This document shows, in pieces, positions 13,761 to 25,588 of a DNA stretch of 64,000 nt. The translations under genes and the position numbers were made by a program. Location: assembly GCA_030141605.1 (NCBI GenBank), contig JAQGDQ010000809.1:29315-93314 (forward strand), written 5' to 3'. The first letter of the stretch is position 1, and the number at the start of each line of letters is the position of its first letter. Below the pieces are notes generated by a model that was given only the letters and a program-made list of their open reading frames with translations, made no database searches and was not told where the DNA came from. The DNA is from Tubiluchus corallicola (taxonomy: Eukaryota; Animalia; Priapulida).

Positions 13761-14869
13761 TATTTACGATATCAAGATAGCTATGGCTAACGATTGTAAT
13801 AAGCTATTGTTATTTTAAATATGTAGTGATCTACGATGCTTAAGTTCTAGAATGCTGCTTGTAATATGTTAAACTTTAATGTTTAGATGCTTGAAAATGA
13901 GTCTGTAGACGAAGCATTTATATTCATGTTAATGCAAATATTTACTGTAAAAATTTTCTGAAAGACAGTGTAAATAAATGAAATAAAATAAAACTAAGAA
14001 GTATCATGAAAAATTATGTTACCTGTGGACATTCCATCCACCGAAAGCCAGTATTCGGCCGTTCCTGAACTAGTTTTAAAAGAACCACATACAAAATGCC
14101 ATTAAGCATTCCTGAGGCACGAAGTTGCGACAAGAGTGTTGTCCGTCCTAAAAGTAAAAGATTCAAAGATATTATTGTTGTCCTTAATGCTACTGTTACC
14201 TTTATCATTTCAGCAGAGAAACAAAGAAGTTCGATTCCAGTTATTGGTCGAGGGCTCGCTGGACTCGAGGTCGTAGATGGCAAAGTCGCCATCTTTTCTT
14301 TAGAACGGGAACAAGAAAATGAAGAACAAGCAGACGAATAACGGTTTGCGTCGAGTCCCTAGAGCTAAAAGCTTGCACGCATAATCCCGAATCAGTATTA
14401 CCCAATAACTTAGACCTAACCCAACGGCATGGGCAACGACAATAACATTTCTCTTCAATAACGGTAGCCAGGTGCATTAGTGCCACCCCTAAAATACTTA
14501 ACAGCGCGTAAAACATACGGCAATTGTAGGACGTAGTGCATCTATCTAGATTGCTTTTAGGCTCGAAGAAACGGCATTTCACATTATAGACGCTGGCATA
14601 AAAGAATATCTTTTATCGCATTACAAACTGCTAATAAAACCGCAAAAGACTGTTGCAATGACAATATAGCTAATGAAAAACCGGATGAAACGGTTTAGCA
14701 TCGTGACATACTTCAGTTGTTACAGAAAATTAGGCTAATTATTTTTACAATTTGCCGTTCAAATTGAGATAAAAGCCTTGTTCTGTTCACTTATCAAATT
14801 AATTAAGTTTACGTGTGGCAATTTGTGTCTCCAGCTGTGGTGAAACAAGTTCTACTCAAACTACTGGTC

Positions 14870-15790
14870 AAGGGACTCGCTGAAATCAAGATCGTTAATT
14901 AGAGATGACGTTAGTACCTCCATCTTGAATTTAAGATGGCAAATCGTAAATTCGACTCCGTTAGTCGTTGTGGAATTCGTTCTAGTGTATATAATGTTTC
15001 ATGATGATCCACTGCGAATTAACAGAGCCTTTTGTCAAACATAATGCTTCTTTGGTTTCATTATTTTTGCTGATCACAGATAGTCATTAGGCTACACTGT
15101 ATCTCATTTAAAATTATTTTCATGCTATTTATATATTGTATAATGTATTAGATATTATATACACTTAATGTATAAGGTGCAATTTTGTAAACTGGGATAA
15201 GTATGGCTCTTGGATAAGTAAAAAATAAACAAATGAAAAAATGGAAGATCGAAAATCCATCTCAATCAATCGATGCTAAAGTAGCTCTATCATTCTAAAA
15301 TTCAAGATGGCAGATCAAAAATCTGAGTCTGTCAATCGAATTTATTCTAATATCTTCCTGTAACGCTTCATGCCGATCTGATGCTAACTTTTTGGACTTT
15401 TTTCGAAAATAATATTTATGCTGCAATCTTTAATTCAACATGGCGGAAAGGAAATCTGACTTTCTAAACGATGCGGAATTCGCTCGTTCCTCCAAAGCTA
15501 CGTCCGTTGCAAATTTGCAGAGCCGTAGGCTTTTTTCGACAATGATCTTATTGCCGCCATCTTGAATTGAACATGGCGGGTGGAAAACATAGCATGACTC
15601 TGTCAATCGATGCACAATTCGTATTAGTACATTTGTGTCGAGTTTTATGACGATCCATTGGAAATTCACGGAGCTTTAGGCTTTAACAGACCCTTAGCCT
15701 TTTTTCAAAAAGTTCTTCCCTCAATAACAACAACAAGAACAATATCCAGATGAGTAGCGATTTTGATCGAATCCTTGACCAATAACGTAG
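14870..15790. mobile_element. Non-coding interspersed repeat with reiterated CAAGATGGC/GCCATCTTG modules (Helentron/HINE-like, tentative)
   Basis: Three degenerate modules sharing ccatcttgaatt..aagatggc and gactctgtcaatcga (~14920, ~15300, ~15555), ending in an (AAC)n run. Confidence 0.35.
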
Positions 15791-16199
15791 AATTGTTCAG
15801 GTTCAAGTGCAAGTTTTCTACATATTAGATATTTGTAAGAGAAAATTTCTACAAGAGTTTTTAGCAGGTGCTTTAAACTTACTGATTGTCCTTTTAACTG
15901 AGATGGACGAGATTAGATTACTAAAAAACTCGTTCTTACTTACGATTTTCCCGGACCGACATATAATCGAAGAGAATCCTCATTTACCCAAAGTACATAC
16001 TGATTGCCGCCATTCGCTGTACTGGTCGAATAAGATATCATCACAAACTGATCATCATCAATATCACTTAACTTTATCCACTGAAATTTCAAATTCAATT
16101 CAAATTTATTAATTTGATTTCCTCAACATTAGTTTCAAATACAAAAACAGATGACGTTTCAAAGATTTTTTTTTAAATATTTGTAGATTTGCTACTTTT

Positions 16200-16680
16200 T
16201 ATGTTTGGAGGAATATTGTTCCATTATAAGGCTTGGAATTTAAGAAAAAGTCTACCAAGACTTGTTCTACAGTAGGGTATAAGATATTCATTAAAACGTG
16301 TGCTATATTGTGTTTGGTTACGTAATACTAGATTAATGAAGGTAGTTGGAAATAAACTGAAATGTGTTTTGTACAGATACGTAGAGAAGTTCAGTAAATT
16401 TACATCTTCTACAATTAAAATATTGCTGTTTCGTAAAAAATGATTTTAGTACTGTTGTATATTTTAAGAGGCCATTCATGATGTATGAAATTTTCCTTGA
16501 TGTCTATTTAAGATAACCAGGTTTCGTAGGATAAGTTCTGCCTCATAACACCAGCGGTGAGTCAAGTAAGACAAAATTAATGTATTATATAAAGATAATA
16601 AATGAAATTTACATAGTTTGTTTTTGATAAATAAAATTATTTCAATGTTTTTTTGCAATTTTTTGACTTATCATGTTTAT
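16200..16680 (-). mobile_element. Degraded CR1-type LINE 3' fragment
   Basis: LLSLYNTLILSYLTH...NLVILNRHQGK resembles the LYxxLxxxxLxY thumb region of CR1 RT; heavily disabled. Confidence 0.55.
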
Positions 16681-17049
16681 ATGAGACTTCCAGTCTAAAT
16701 TTTCGTGAAGGACTATTCCCAAAAATTTGATAGTATTTACACGCCCAATCAACGATCCTTCAATGTTTATATCATTTGGAAGTTTTTCGTTTTTGTTTAA
16801 ACTACAACGTATTCATGGTTTGAGGCTCTGAACAGTTAACGTTCGAACCTGAACGACCGTCTCATGAAAACTAGTGAATTGATTTTCTTAAAAGTACGAT
16901 TTAATAAAACTAGTAAATTACCAGGACATATTAAATTATAATTTGTCATCTTTCACAGTTGAATAACATAAACTTTGGCAGTAAACATGTGGCTTAACAA
17001 ATTTCTCAAACGTAAACGACCATATCACCACCACAAGCTATCGCAACAC

Positions 17050-17630
17050 AAATAATTCGACTCGAATTAAGTCATCTTGTATGTGATTTTAAGAAGGTAT
17101 ACAAAACTTGTCATAAAATAGTGGGTTACGTTTGATGTTTTTTTTCAGTATGCGTCAACCAATCATTTGTGTTGTCATAACTTTAAACTGCATCCGTCTT
17201 TTTCGAGATTTAACGTTTCAAAATTTTCATTTGCTAACAGAGAGGTGAACACTTGTAATGTACTGGATTCTCGTGTAGATCTCCCTACCAGAATGTCAGT
17301 TTTCACTAAAAAATTAGCTAATGTTAATTTACTGCCCTATTTGCAACTTCATCCGAAACATGTAATTGTCATTGGCTTAATTGGTTCTCTTCAAACTGTA
17401 TGATTGTATAAAGCGTGTTGTATATAGTATATAATTCATGTTTAGGTATATTTCATTAAGAGCTTTTTAATGAGAGATATTCGATTTTTGGGTATTGTTT
17501 TTACAGATTTTATTTTTGTGTATCTTTTTGTGTCATAGGGTCAGCGAAAGTGCGCATGCGCCTGCTGATTCTTTCTTTTACACAATTTTAATATATGTAT
17601 GAATGTCAATAATAAATATTAAATAATTAA
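17050..17630 (+). mobile_element. CR1 LINE 3' end fragment
   Basis: HNFKL...SRFNVSKFSFANREVNTCNVL matches the CR1 C-terminal GHxxKL...RxxFFxxRVVxxWNxL motif. AT-rich tail ends in AATAAA repeats (~17610-17635). Confidence 0.7.
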
Positions 17631-20004
17631 ATAAAATCCTTGCTGTTTTTAAAGCGTTGAATTAACAGTCTGACTGCACACATGCAGGCAAATACTAAAA
17701 AATTTAAATAAATTCTCTTACCATGCATGTTGTTAATTCATTCAAGGCAGTTGTGATGACATTGTCTAACTTTATGTAGTCATTCGGTTTGGTGATACTA
17801 GGGAAAATTACCATTGTTCCTTTTGGGTAATCGGTCGGAAGTTCGGCGTCGAAGCAAGTTGGAATTATATCTGAAATTAAATAGTAGTAATAATAAACAA
17901 ATGCGCGCGAGTTTGAGTTATACAAGAATAAAAAGTTTTCCCGCAGGCGTATTCCACGTTTCAATTATTAGTTACGTAGAGGGTTTTTCATCGACTAGAT
18001 TTAATTAAACCTTTGCGATTGTTTGTTTATTTACTTATTTTTTATTTATTTGTTTGTCTGCTTGTTTCTTTGCTTGTTTGCGTCGCATCTCCTCCTAGCA
18101 CTTTCAGCATAGTTTGAAATTTTCAATTTTTTTAGTATTTGATATTGTGGAGCAGGCATTTGTGTGCCTGTAGTTTTACAAAGCTTCCTTACAGGAAAAA
18201 CCAACTCTCGAACAACATTTGTTGTCTTTTAATATGAACTTAACATACAATATACACGCATAAAATGTCTTGTTTAAAGATGCAAAAGAAACTTAAATCA
18301 TTCGTATCTTCCGGTAAACGAACCTCGCTGTGGACATATTTAAAAAATGACGTAAGCTGGTGGACAGCACGAAGGCATGCGTAACAAAACTTCTGCAGTT
18401 CACTCAGAAATTTCACTATTATGGCTGACTAAGCATTTTTGTTTAACAATGTTTATGTAACAATGTTTATGTAAAGTCGCGGGAATAATTAACAGTAACT
18501 TAAAGTGCTTACATAGCTTTAATCTACAGGCTTATACCTCACAATGGGAAAGTTGTATAAATATTCTAATTACAGATAAGCATGGATGCCATGGAATTCT
18601 GCGGGGGCTGCAAGCACATAGTAGGTGCCAGGCGAGTTTCTTAGATTATGGAGTTCAGGTTTAGCTTGTTAAGATAATTATTATGTTACTTTGTCGGGGT
18701 TAACTAGCCGAGTGGGAAGTGTAACTGATTTTCATTGCACCGCCTGTAACGGGATTCTTTAAAAACCAAACAGAATATGACTAGTAATCTCTCGTTTAAC
18801 GTTTTGGGTAAATTTGTAATTGATAATAGTAACTGCAGCTGCAACTGCACCTGGCGGGGTAAGTGTTCATGTTGCACGGTAACCGGATGACATCATTCTT
18901 CGCTCAAGTGAGCGCGCCAAAGCTTGAAGTGATCGCGACTTTAATTTGATTTTATTAATTACAGGAGGCGCTTATCACAGTTTTATTTCTGAAATTCTAT
19001 TATATTTTTCTCAAATACTAAAATAAACCCAACTTCCCGAGATCCATGGCTTTTGTTTCAACTAAAAAAACATTGTATATTCAAGAGTCAAATTAGGCGG
19101 TCAAATAAAATAAATGATTATAATTTGATCTTATATATATATATTTCGATACATTCATTCGCAGTACTAAACTGAGTAAAGGTGAGCTCAAAAATAAGAA
19201 AATAAATAAAATAAAAAATCAATAATATCGGTGCGGCAATGTTAGCTCTTCAGTGATGAACCAGAACAGCGCACATGTAGCTTCTTTACTGATGACCTGT
19301 CTAGACTATCATTAATCAGACTCAAAGTTGTCATTCGTGCATTTTTTTGGTGAGTTTAGTGTGTTGAGACTATCACGCCTTCTAAATGGAAAACAGTAAG
19401 CAATCAAAGTTGTGCAAATATTCGGGAAAAATTTCATCAGGACAAAATCGCCGGGAAGGCGTGCTAATCGCATAAGATTATTTCTTCAATATCGCGCAAA
19501 TTTGTTTTGTCTGCATTTTCAACTTTTGCGTGTCACTCACTCGTGTGCACAACGATTTATCATGGATGCATAATAGTCTAGAGAGGGCAAAAGAATTCTT
19601 TGCTCAAAATTGATTTACAAACGCTTATCTTTCTTAGAAATTTATGAACGTATAATTGTATGTTTACAAGAATGTGTCGTATTAAACGTTTCTTATAGAA
19701 AATAACGATAATGACGAGAAATGAAGAATGAACCATCTGTTAAAAACATTGCTAACACATTTAATTTTATTTACTTCTATTCAACATTTATTCTATTTGG
19801 TCTGTAACTGATCAGATCTTTGTGAACTGGGGGTTAAGCAATGCTGGTTTTATGCGCAGAGCTGTCACAAATATTATCTTATTATATTATCGTATTATAT
19901 CGCATCGGCGTAGAACGTGAGATAAAACGTACTAGCTGTCGAGCAACATTATTCAGTGTGACTTTGTTGTTAGCGCACATTATTTCACATACTGAAGTAA
20001 CACT

Positions 20005-21567
20005 ATGCTCTCGACACAGGCAATTGCAACTCTAATTATTTGGTGCAGCGTAGAGGCGGCAACATTACTTCCCATTGCTGGTGGCGCCAAAATTCACGAA
20101 CTTACCAATAAAACCGAACACGAGTATTCTAAACACAGGAGTGAAATTTTCAGGCAAAAGAAATCGAACTTGCTTATATGCACCCCTGAAGTCATTGAAG
20201 AAGACCGCGAAGTAAACGAAAGAAACCATGATTTTATAAGCGATTGTATTAAAACAAAGACCGCAGGACGGAGAACAAAATACCAAAACAACAATGGTAT
20301 TAACTTAAGTAAATATGTTGATGTCTTAAATGTCACTAGCAATGTGATGACTGGGCAACATGAAAATCACACTGCCAACCATATTGTAGATGATGATAAT
20401 ACAGATGAGAATGCAAAAACCGACAATGAAGGAATCTCGCACGGAAAAGAAGTTGCTGAGTCTATTGAATATTTCTTGAACCACATAGCATCGCAAATCA
20501 TTTTTGTTTTTGGATTCGTGGGAAATTCGATAAACATCATTGTTTTCAGCCGTAGTAACCGTTTCCACTCTATTTCTTACCGTTACCTGCTGTGGATGTC
20601 AGTGGCTGATTTCACTTCTATTCCTTTCTTCTATTCCGTGCGTCTCTGCAGGACCCTTAAACCTTGGAATCATGTGAGGGCTTGGTATCTTGGACATATT
20701 GGCGTCACTTGTCTTAACTGGTTTAAATTTACAAGTAACTATTTAGTTGCTGCTTTGACGCTGGATAGATACATTGCCGTAGCTCATCCATTTTCAATCA
20801 AAACAGTCAGGAATAAAAAAACTGTCAATTTCATCATCATCTTCGCTTTCACTTTTTCTCTTGTTTTGGTGTTTCCCGATTTTTTTCGAAACATGGTTGT
20901 TGAAACATATTCGGATCCGGCAACGGGAGAGACTACATATGTTTACAAGCCAGTCCGCTACTATGTTAACCATCCAGCATACAAATACTTCTACTCTTGG
21001 GCAAGAGCATTGTTTGGACAAATTATTACCACCCTGTGCGTTGTCATTTTCAATCCGCTAACAATGTGGTCGTTTCACAAAAGGACTGTCAGGCGCGTCC
21101 AGATGGTGAATGAAGTCCGTCCTGTTGGGCAAAAGAAGATCAGCCGTGATGAACGCCATCTCTTGATTCTCTTGGCAACAGCATCCATCATCTTCATCAT
21201 TTTCACCTTGCCAAACACCATTGTCGCACTGGCACGTAGGGCCGACCACTCGCTGTTGAAAGATCCAGTTTTTGCCTCTGTCAGACATGTGGCCAACACA
21301 CTAGCATTCATAAACCAGGCCATGAACATGTATATGTATACTTTCATCTGTAGAGATTATAGGAAAAGTCTCGTGGAAATCATTTGTAGAAAGAAAAATG
21401 CTGTAAGCGAAGTATCACGTACTTCAGAACCTTCACGTCTCGCTGGAACTAGTTCCAAGTTCACGCTTTCTGCAGGCAAGACTACAAAGATCGGGCACAG
21501 TGTTGATAACTTGGAAAAATCTGACCAACCAGGCAACAGTAAAAAAGTTTTTGTCCATGAATTTTGA
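20005..21567 (+). CDS. Intronless rhodopsin-family (class A) peptide GPCR, FMRFamide/sex-peptide-receptor-like clade, 520 aa
   Basis: Seven hydrophobic segments: TM1 GFVGN, TM2 MSVAD, TM3 ALTLDRYIAVAHP, TM5 IFNP, TM6 FIIFTLP, TM7 NQAMNMYMY, then helix 8 YRKSL. Hydrophobic N-terminus and several N-glycosylation sequons. Confidence 0.95.
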   Translation: MLSTQAIATLIIWCSVEAATLLPIAGGAKIHELTNKTEHEYSKHRSEIFRQKKSNLLICTPEVIEEDREVNERNHDFISDCIKTKTAGRRTKYQNNNGINLSKYVDVLNVTSNVMTGQHENHTANHIVDDDNTDENAKTDNEGISHGKEVAESIEYFLNHIASQIIFVFGFVGNSINIIVFSRSNRFHSISYRYLLWMSVADFTSIPFFYSVRLCRTLKPWNHVRAWYLGHIGVTCLNWFKFTSNYLVAALTLDRYIAVAHPFSIKTVRNKKTVNFIIIFAFTFSLVLVFPDFFRNMVVETYSDPATGETTYVYKPVRYYVNHPAYKYFYSWARALFGQIITTLCVVIFNPLTMWSFHKRTVRRVQMVNEVRPVGQKKISRDERHLLILLATASIIFIIFTLPNTIVALARRADHSLLKDPVFASVRHVANTLAFINQAMNMYMYTFICRDYRKSLVEIICRKKNAVSEVSRTSEPSRLAGTSSKFTLSAGKTTKIGHSVDNLEKSDQPGNSKKVFVHEF

Positions 21568-23849
21568 GATTTTACAGATCTTGGTGGGACGTGAGATTTG
21601 TTGTTGCTCCTTGCTTTTTCTTTTTTTCATTATCTTTTTTCTTTTCTTCTTTTTCCTTATTTTGCTTTTTCAATTTTTTCCACAATACTGATATTCAGTA
21701 CGTAATACAAACACAATTGAATAAATAAGCGAAGTTCATCAAATGAAATGTTATAAAAAGCATTGAGCCTCTATTCCTATACTTTTATTGATCTCATTAT
21801 GTTATCTAGAACATAACCTGTAAACTGTTATCAATAGCAAATTGCCCTAAGTGTAAAAACGAAATGAACAGATACTTGATTACTTTACTATCACTAAAAA
21901 ATTTGACTGGTAACTTGAAGATTTTCATGGTATTAGTGTATAAACTGAAAGCAGAACGGCTTAAACTACATCAAATTCACATTAGAGTTTTTAGCTAAAC
22001 TTACAGGTGTACATGCAAATTCGCTCTGGTTTTTGATTTTTTAAACTTTAGACGAATCAGGATTTAGAACTGGTTAAGAATGGGATTTTTTAAATTCAAG
22101 ATATTCTGTTCAATGAAACAAATAAGTATCTCTGTGTAGGTGATGATAAGGTGTTTTTTGTATACATGTTGTAAGTGTTTTAATAGGTATCATTTAAGAA
22201 AGTCGTTAGCTTAATATTGTTTAATTCATGTGTTCCTTTCTCTTGAACTGTTTTTCAGCAGATTAAGGGAGTTCCTACAGGAGATAACTGCAGCCTGTTG
22301 TGTTACCGTGAGTTTTCATTTATGCACCAGCTGCTTAAATTAGCTAGGATATTAAAACCCAGGATAAAAAGTTTGGTTTGTCTAAAATGCTTTCACTCAC
22401 ATGTAGATACACTCACTGACGACGTGTATCTGGTTAATTATAAGAATTATAAGTTTTTTTGGCAACATTATTCACAGTAGTTATCCAGAAGTGGTGGCAT
22501 TGATGATGATAGGCATTGAGCTCATTTGGATATAGCTGGCGAGGAAGTGCATACTATCACGGAAGTCTTTCATATAGTAGACAATTTTCCATTTTCTCTG
22601 GTAAATTATATTTTTCTTATAGTAACTAACTTGACTACTTGAGCTGCTTGACTTTGCAAGGATTAGTTAAAGTAAAGAAAAATTTTTATTGAGAGTCTTA
22701 AAACTGATCGAGGTTATGTCAGATACTGGATACTCGAGACCAGGTCCATTGAAGGCTAGTGATCGTATGTTTCAAGATAATCGTAACTTGCAATGTAAGT
22801 TCTAGTTGATTTCTGATAAGGAAGTTTCTTTCGGGTAGTAGTATATATACGACTTTTCAATCCGACATTTGCTGCCATTCAAATTATTTCACTAACCTAA
22901 CTTTACTAATTCCCATCGTCAGCTCTCTGCATTATCATTTCCATCTTTTTTACCTTCGTTTTTTGCACCCTAAAAGCTGCACCACTAATTTCATTATAGT
23001 AGCACAAGCAATGCTTCTTGACTATAATAGTGTAAGCAACAATTTAGGTAAATATTACACCATGTTCATTTTATTAAATATTACTATAATTATGAAGTTC
23101 TACGTACTGTGACTTATATCGTGTTTTGTTGTATACCATATTGTTGTGTGGAGTTGTCGTAATAAAAATAAAAAAGATGCTGTTATCCCGTTTATTTATT
23201 TATTCATTTATTTATTTTATTTTATTTATTTATTGTTGTCATTATTATTATTATTGTTATTTGTTTTCAATTTGTTTTCTAAATATGTTTATTATTTTGT
23301 TATTTATTTCCATATTGATTTATTTATTGCATTCAGTTTGCATACATTTATTGTTGTAATTACTGTTAATTGTACTTTAACGTTGTTTTAGCTTTGGAAA
23401 TTTAAATGGGTAATTACTGATTTTTTGAAGTAATTATTGGCATGTATTTTATGGAATGACAAAGCACGCTAGGAAAAGTCTCTGAAGTTTACCCTTCAAC
23501 GCTTTTCTTAGGCATTATATATAATGCAAAAGTCTGTTTGGGCAAAGTATGTAAGTGTTGAGTTTTGGACATGCTTTTTCTCGGCATTTTGTAGAATGTT
23601 GAATAAATTTTAGTTAATGTAAAAATAAAATAAACTGTCAGCTGTTTTATATAATTTTCATATGCAATTTAATGCCAATTTTGTGCCAATCTAAGATTGA
23701 GTCCAGAAATGCCAGAATGTCAGTAAAAATTGGACAGTTGCAGCTTGATCACCGAATAAACTTTAAACATTAAGACGTGTGTACATAACTAGTAGTCTAG
23801 TAGTAGAAAAGTAGTCTAGCTCGTAATACTACAGTCTAACACACTGTGG

Positions 23850-24440
23850 CTTCTAATGCATACTACCGTGGGAAGGGGTAATGGAGCAAAACGTTTATAC
23901 CTGCAACATTTACAAAGTCATAACGCGCTTCATGTATGTCCGTTTCATTTATTCCTGCTAGTGCCGCTCTTCTTCCGTTGTAATGACGTAATGACTCAGG
24001 AGACCAATTCTTGCATTAACCATGTAGACGGTATTCGAGAGTTTGTGGGACAACAGTTAAGCTTTTCGAATCTGCCGCTTTTCTTGGGACTTGGTCTTCT
24101 TGAGTCAAAGCAAAAGCTGTTAAGCTTTTGAATTTGAATAATGTTTATTTGAAAGTGGACTTTAACTCGTCTTTGTGGCAACGAAGAAGACATCGTTATG
24201 TTCTCGGTGCTCTGGGTTTCTGTTCATTCGAGGACAGTAATATTGGGGAAGCAGTAGTGGCATTTCATGTTCGTGATGGAGCGAAGCTTTTACTAATGAA
24301 AACCTTCGAGATCTTTGGTGTCACAGTAATAGTGAGTCTAAGATTTGCTGCCATAGGGGAAGATTTAGGTTACGACAGCTTGATCATTATTTCACTTTTA
24401 GCTTTATGTCTTTGTTCTTAAAAACTCGTTTCGTAAAAGC
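23850..24440 (-). mobile_element. Degraded RTE-clade LINE 3' fragment
   Basis: Minus-strand pieces YGSKS*TH...KDLEGFH*.KLRSITNMKC...PNITVLE and SRRPSPKK match the RTE pattern LYGSExW...LExFH.RxLR.I..I.W...N..VL and GxRxxGRP. Many disablements. Confidence 0.6.
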
Positions 24441-25045
24441 CGTTCCAATTTATGCTCAATACTTTTTTTCGGAAATGCATTTGCAGAAAGTAGGCCTATA
24501 ACTTCCTAGGCATGGAAAATGCACGGTGAGCGGCTTGTCAGAGATGAAGATGTGCATCCGTCGCCAATTGAACCACTTGCTTACTAAGTTGTTTTATGCA
24601 TACTATACAACGCCCGAGGAATGTATTGTACATCCGGGGAACGTCAAATTCACTTCGAATTATGTTCATTTTGCACTTAATCAAAATCACATAAATTTAC
24701 GCATTCTATGTAGAATCTAGCCATTATAATTATACAAAACATCTAGAAAGTGTAAAAATGTCAAAATGCCATAGGTCGGATATCATAAAAGTGTATCTTA
24801 CAATTTAAGACTCAATATTGGCAAACCTAGTGTCACCTTGAAACTGGAAGATACTGTCCATAGCTACAGATATTAAAATTTATAGTGACATTGAAAAAAT
24901 GTTGTAATCGTATACAGTAGTGGGGCCGCCAGTTAACTCACTTGTAGTCCTTTTACGGACACTATCACAGATCTTGTTGAAGTTACACCAAGATAATACA
25001 AAAGCTCACCAGTCGCCATTGTTAACACAGCCCATAGAAACTGAA

Positions 25046-25118
25046 ACGGATACAGTATAAGGTATCCACGCATCATGTGGTTACCGTGGTCGTGGGTTCG
25101 ACACTCGCTTTGGGTGTA
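25046..25118 (+). mobile_element. tRNA-derived (SINE-head-like) remnant
   Basis: GGTCGTGGGTTCGACACTCGC resembles a T-arm/B-box and is followed by (TA)n. No complete cloverleaf could be folded. Confidence 0.3.
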
Positions 25119-25119
25119 C

Positions 25120-25165
<46 letters not shown>

Positions 25166-25588
25166 ATATATATAAATGAATCAGACTCGAACCACAACGC
25201 AATCATCTTGTTGTAAAGGAAAACCAGAATTGGGAAATCTAAAAAGCCGGCGTATTAACAATGTAAGACAATCGAAATTTTGACAAAAGCAGGTGCCATT
25301 ATCAGAAAACAAAAATCGAAACACGAGAAGCAGAAATTTTATGGCCGTCTGTACCCACAAAACTGAACATTTCACAAGTTCACAACCAGTAATTTCTATT
25401 GCTCTCTTCTAGTGGCGGAACAACTGGACAATCAAATTTACTGCTAGATTGCAAGGACTTGTGTGGTCTAGATAGGTCAGACATTGTTTATGCGAAGAAA
25501 AAACCTCATGATGTATTCTGCTCACAAGTAGATGGTATATGCACTATGTTTTCATAAATTTGAATGAATGTACCTTAGGAAAAAACAG

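Larger units (their letters stand above)
10230..14320 (-). pseudogene. Pentraxin-domain gene (exons ~14320-14023, 11816-11652, 10501-10230); 5' exon has in-frame stops, probably a pseudogene
   Basis: Phase-1 splices join ...NA*WHFVCGSFKTSSGTAEYWLSVDGMST|GGLLTSDPGPIQPNGVLIFGQDQSDAGAIGTASLSFRGMVTGITVSDSKLDINSI|DEMRMTCLNTGNLFSWGDL..., matching the pentraxin pattern WHxxC...VDG...IxPxGxLIxGQxQ...FxG...GNxxSW. In-frame stops at 14102-14104, 14210-14212 and 14300-14302. Confidence 0.75.

Noticed and set aside
14210-14212. In-frame TGA as selenocysteine or an alternative genetic code
   Set aside because: Two TAA stops occur in the same frame, no SECIS was recognised, and neighbouring genes use standard stops.
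14014-14582. ORF-track proteins of 92, 81 and 113 aa as real genes
   Set aside because: The recognisable pentraxin sequence lies in a different, stop-interrupted frame; these ORFs are mostly shadows.
23126-23391. Hydrophobic ORFs as membrane proteins
   Set aside because: Derived from a low-complexity (TTTA/TTA)n tract.
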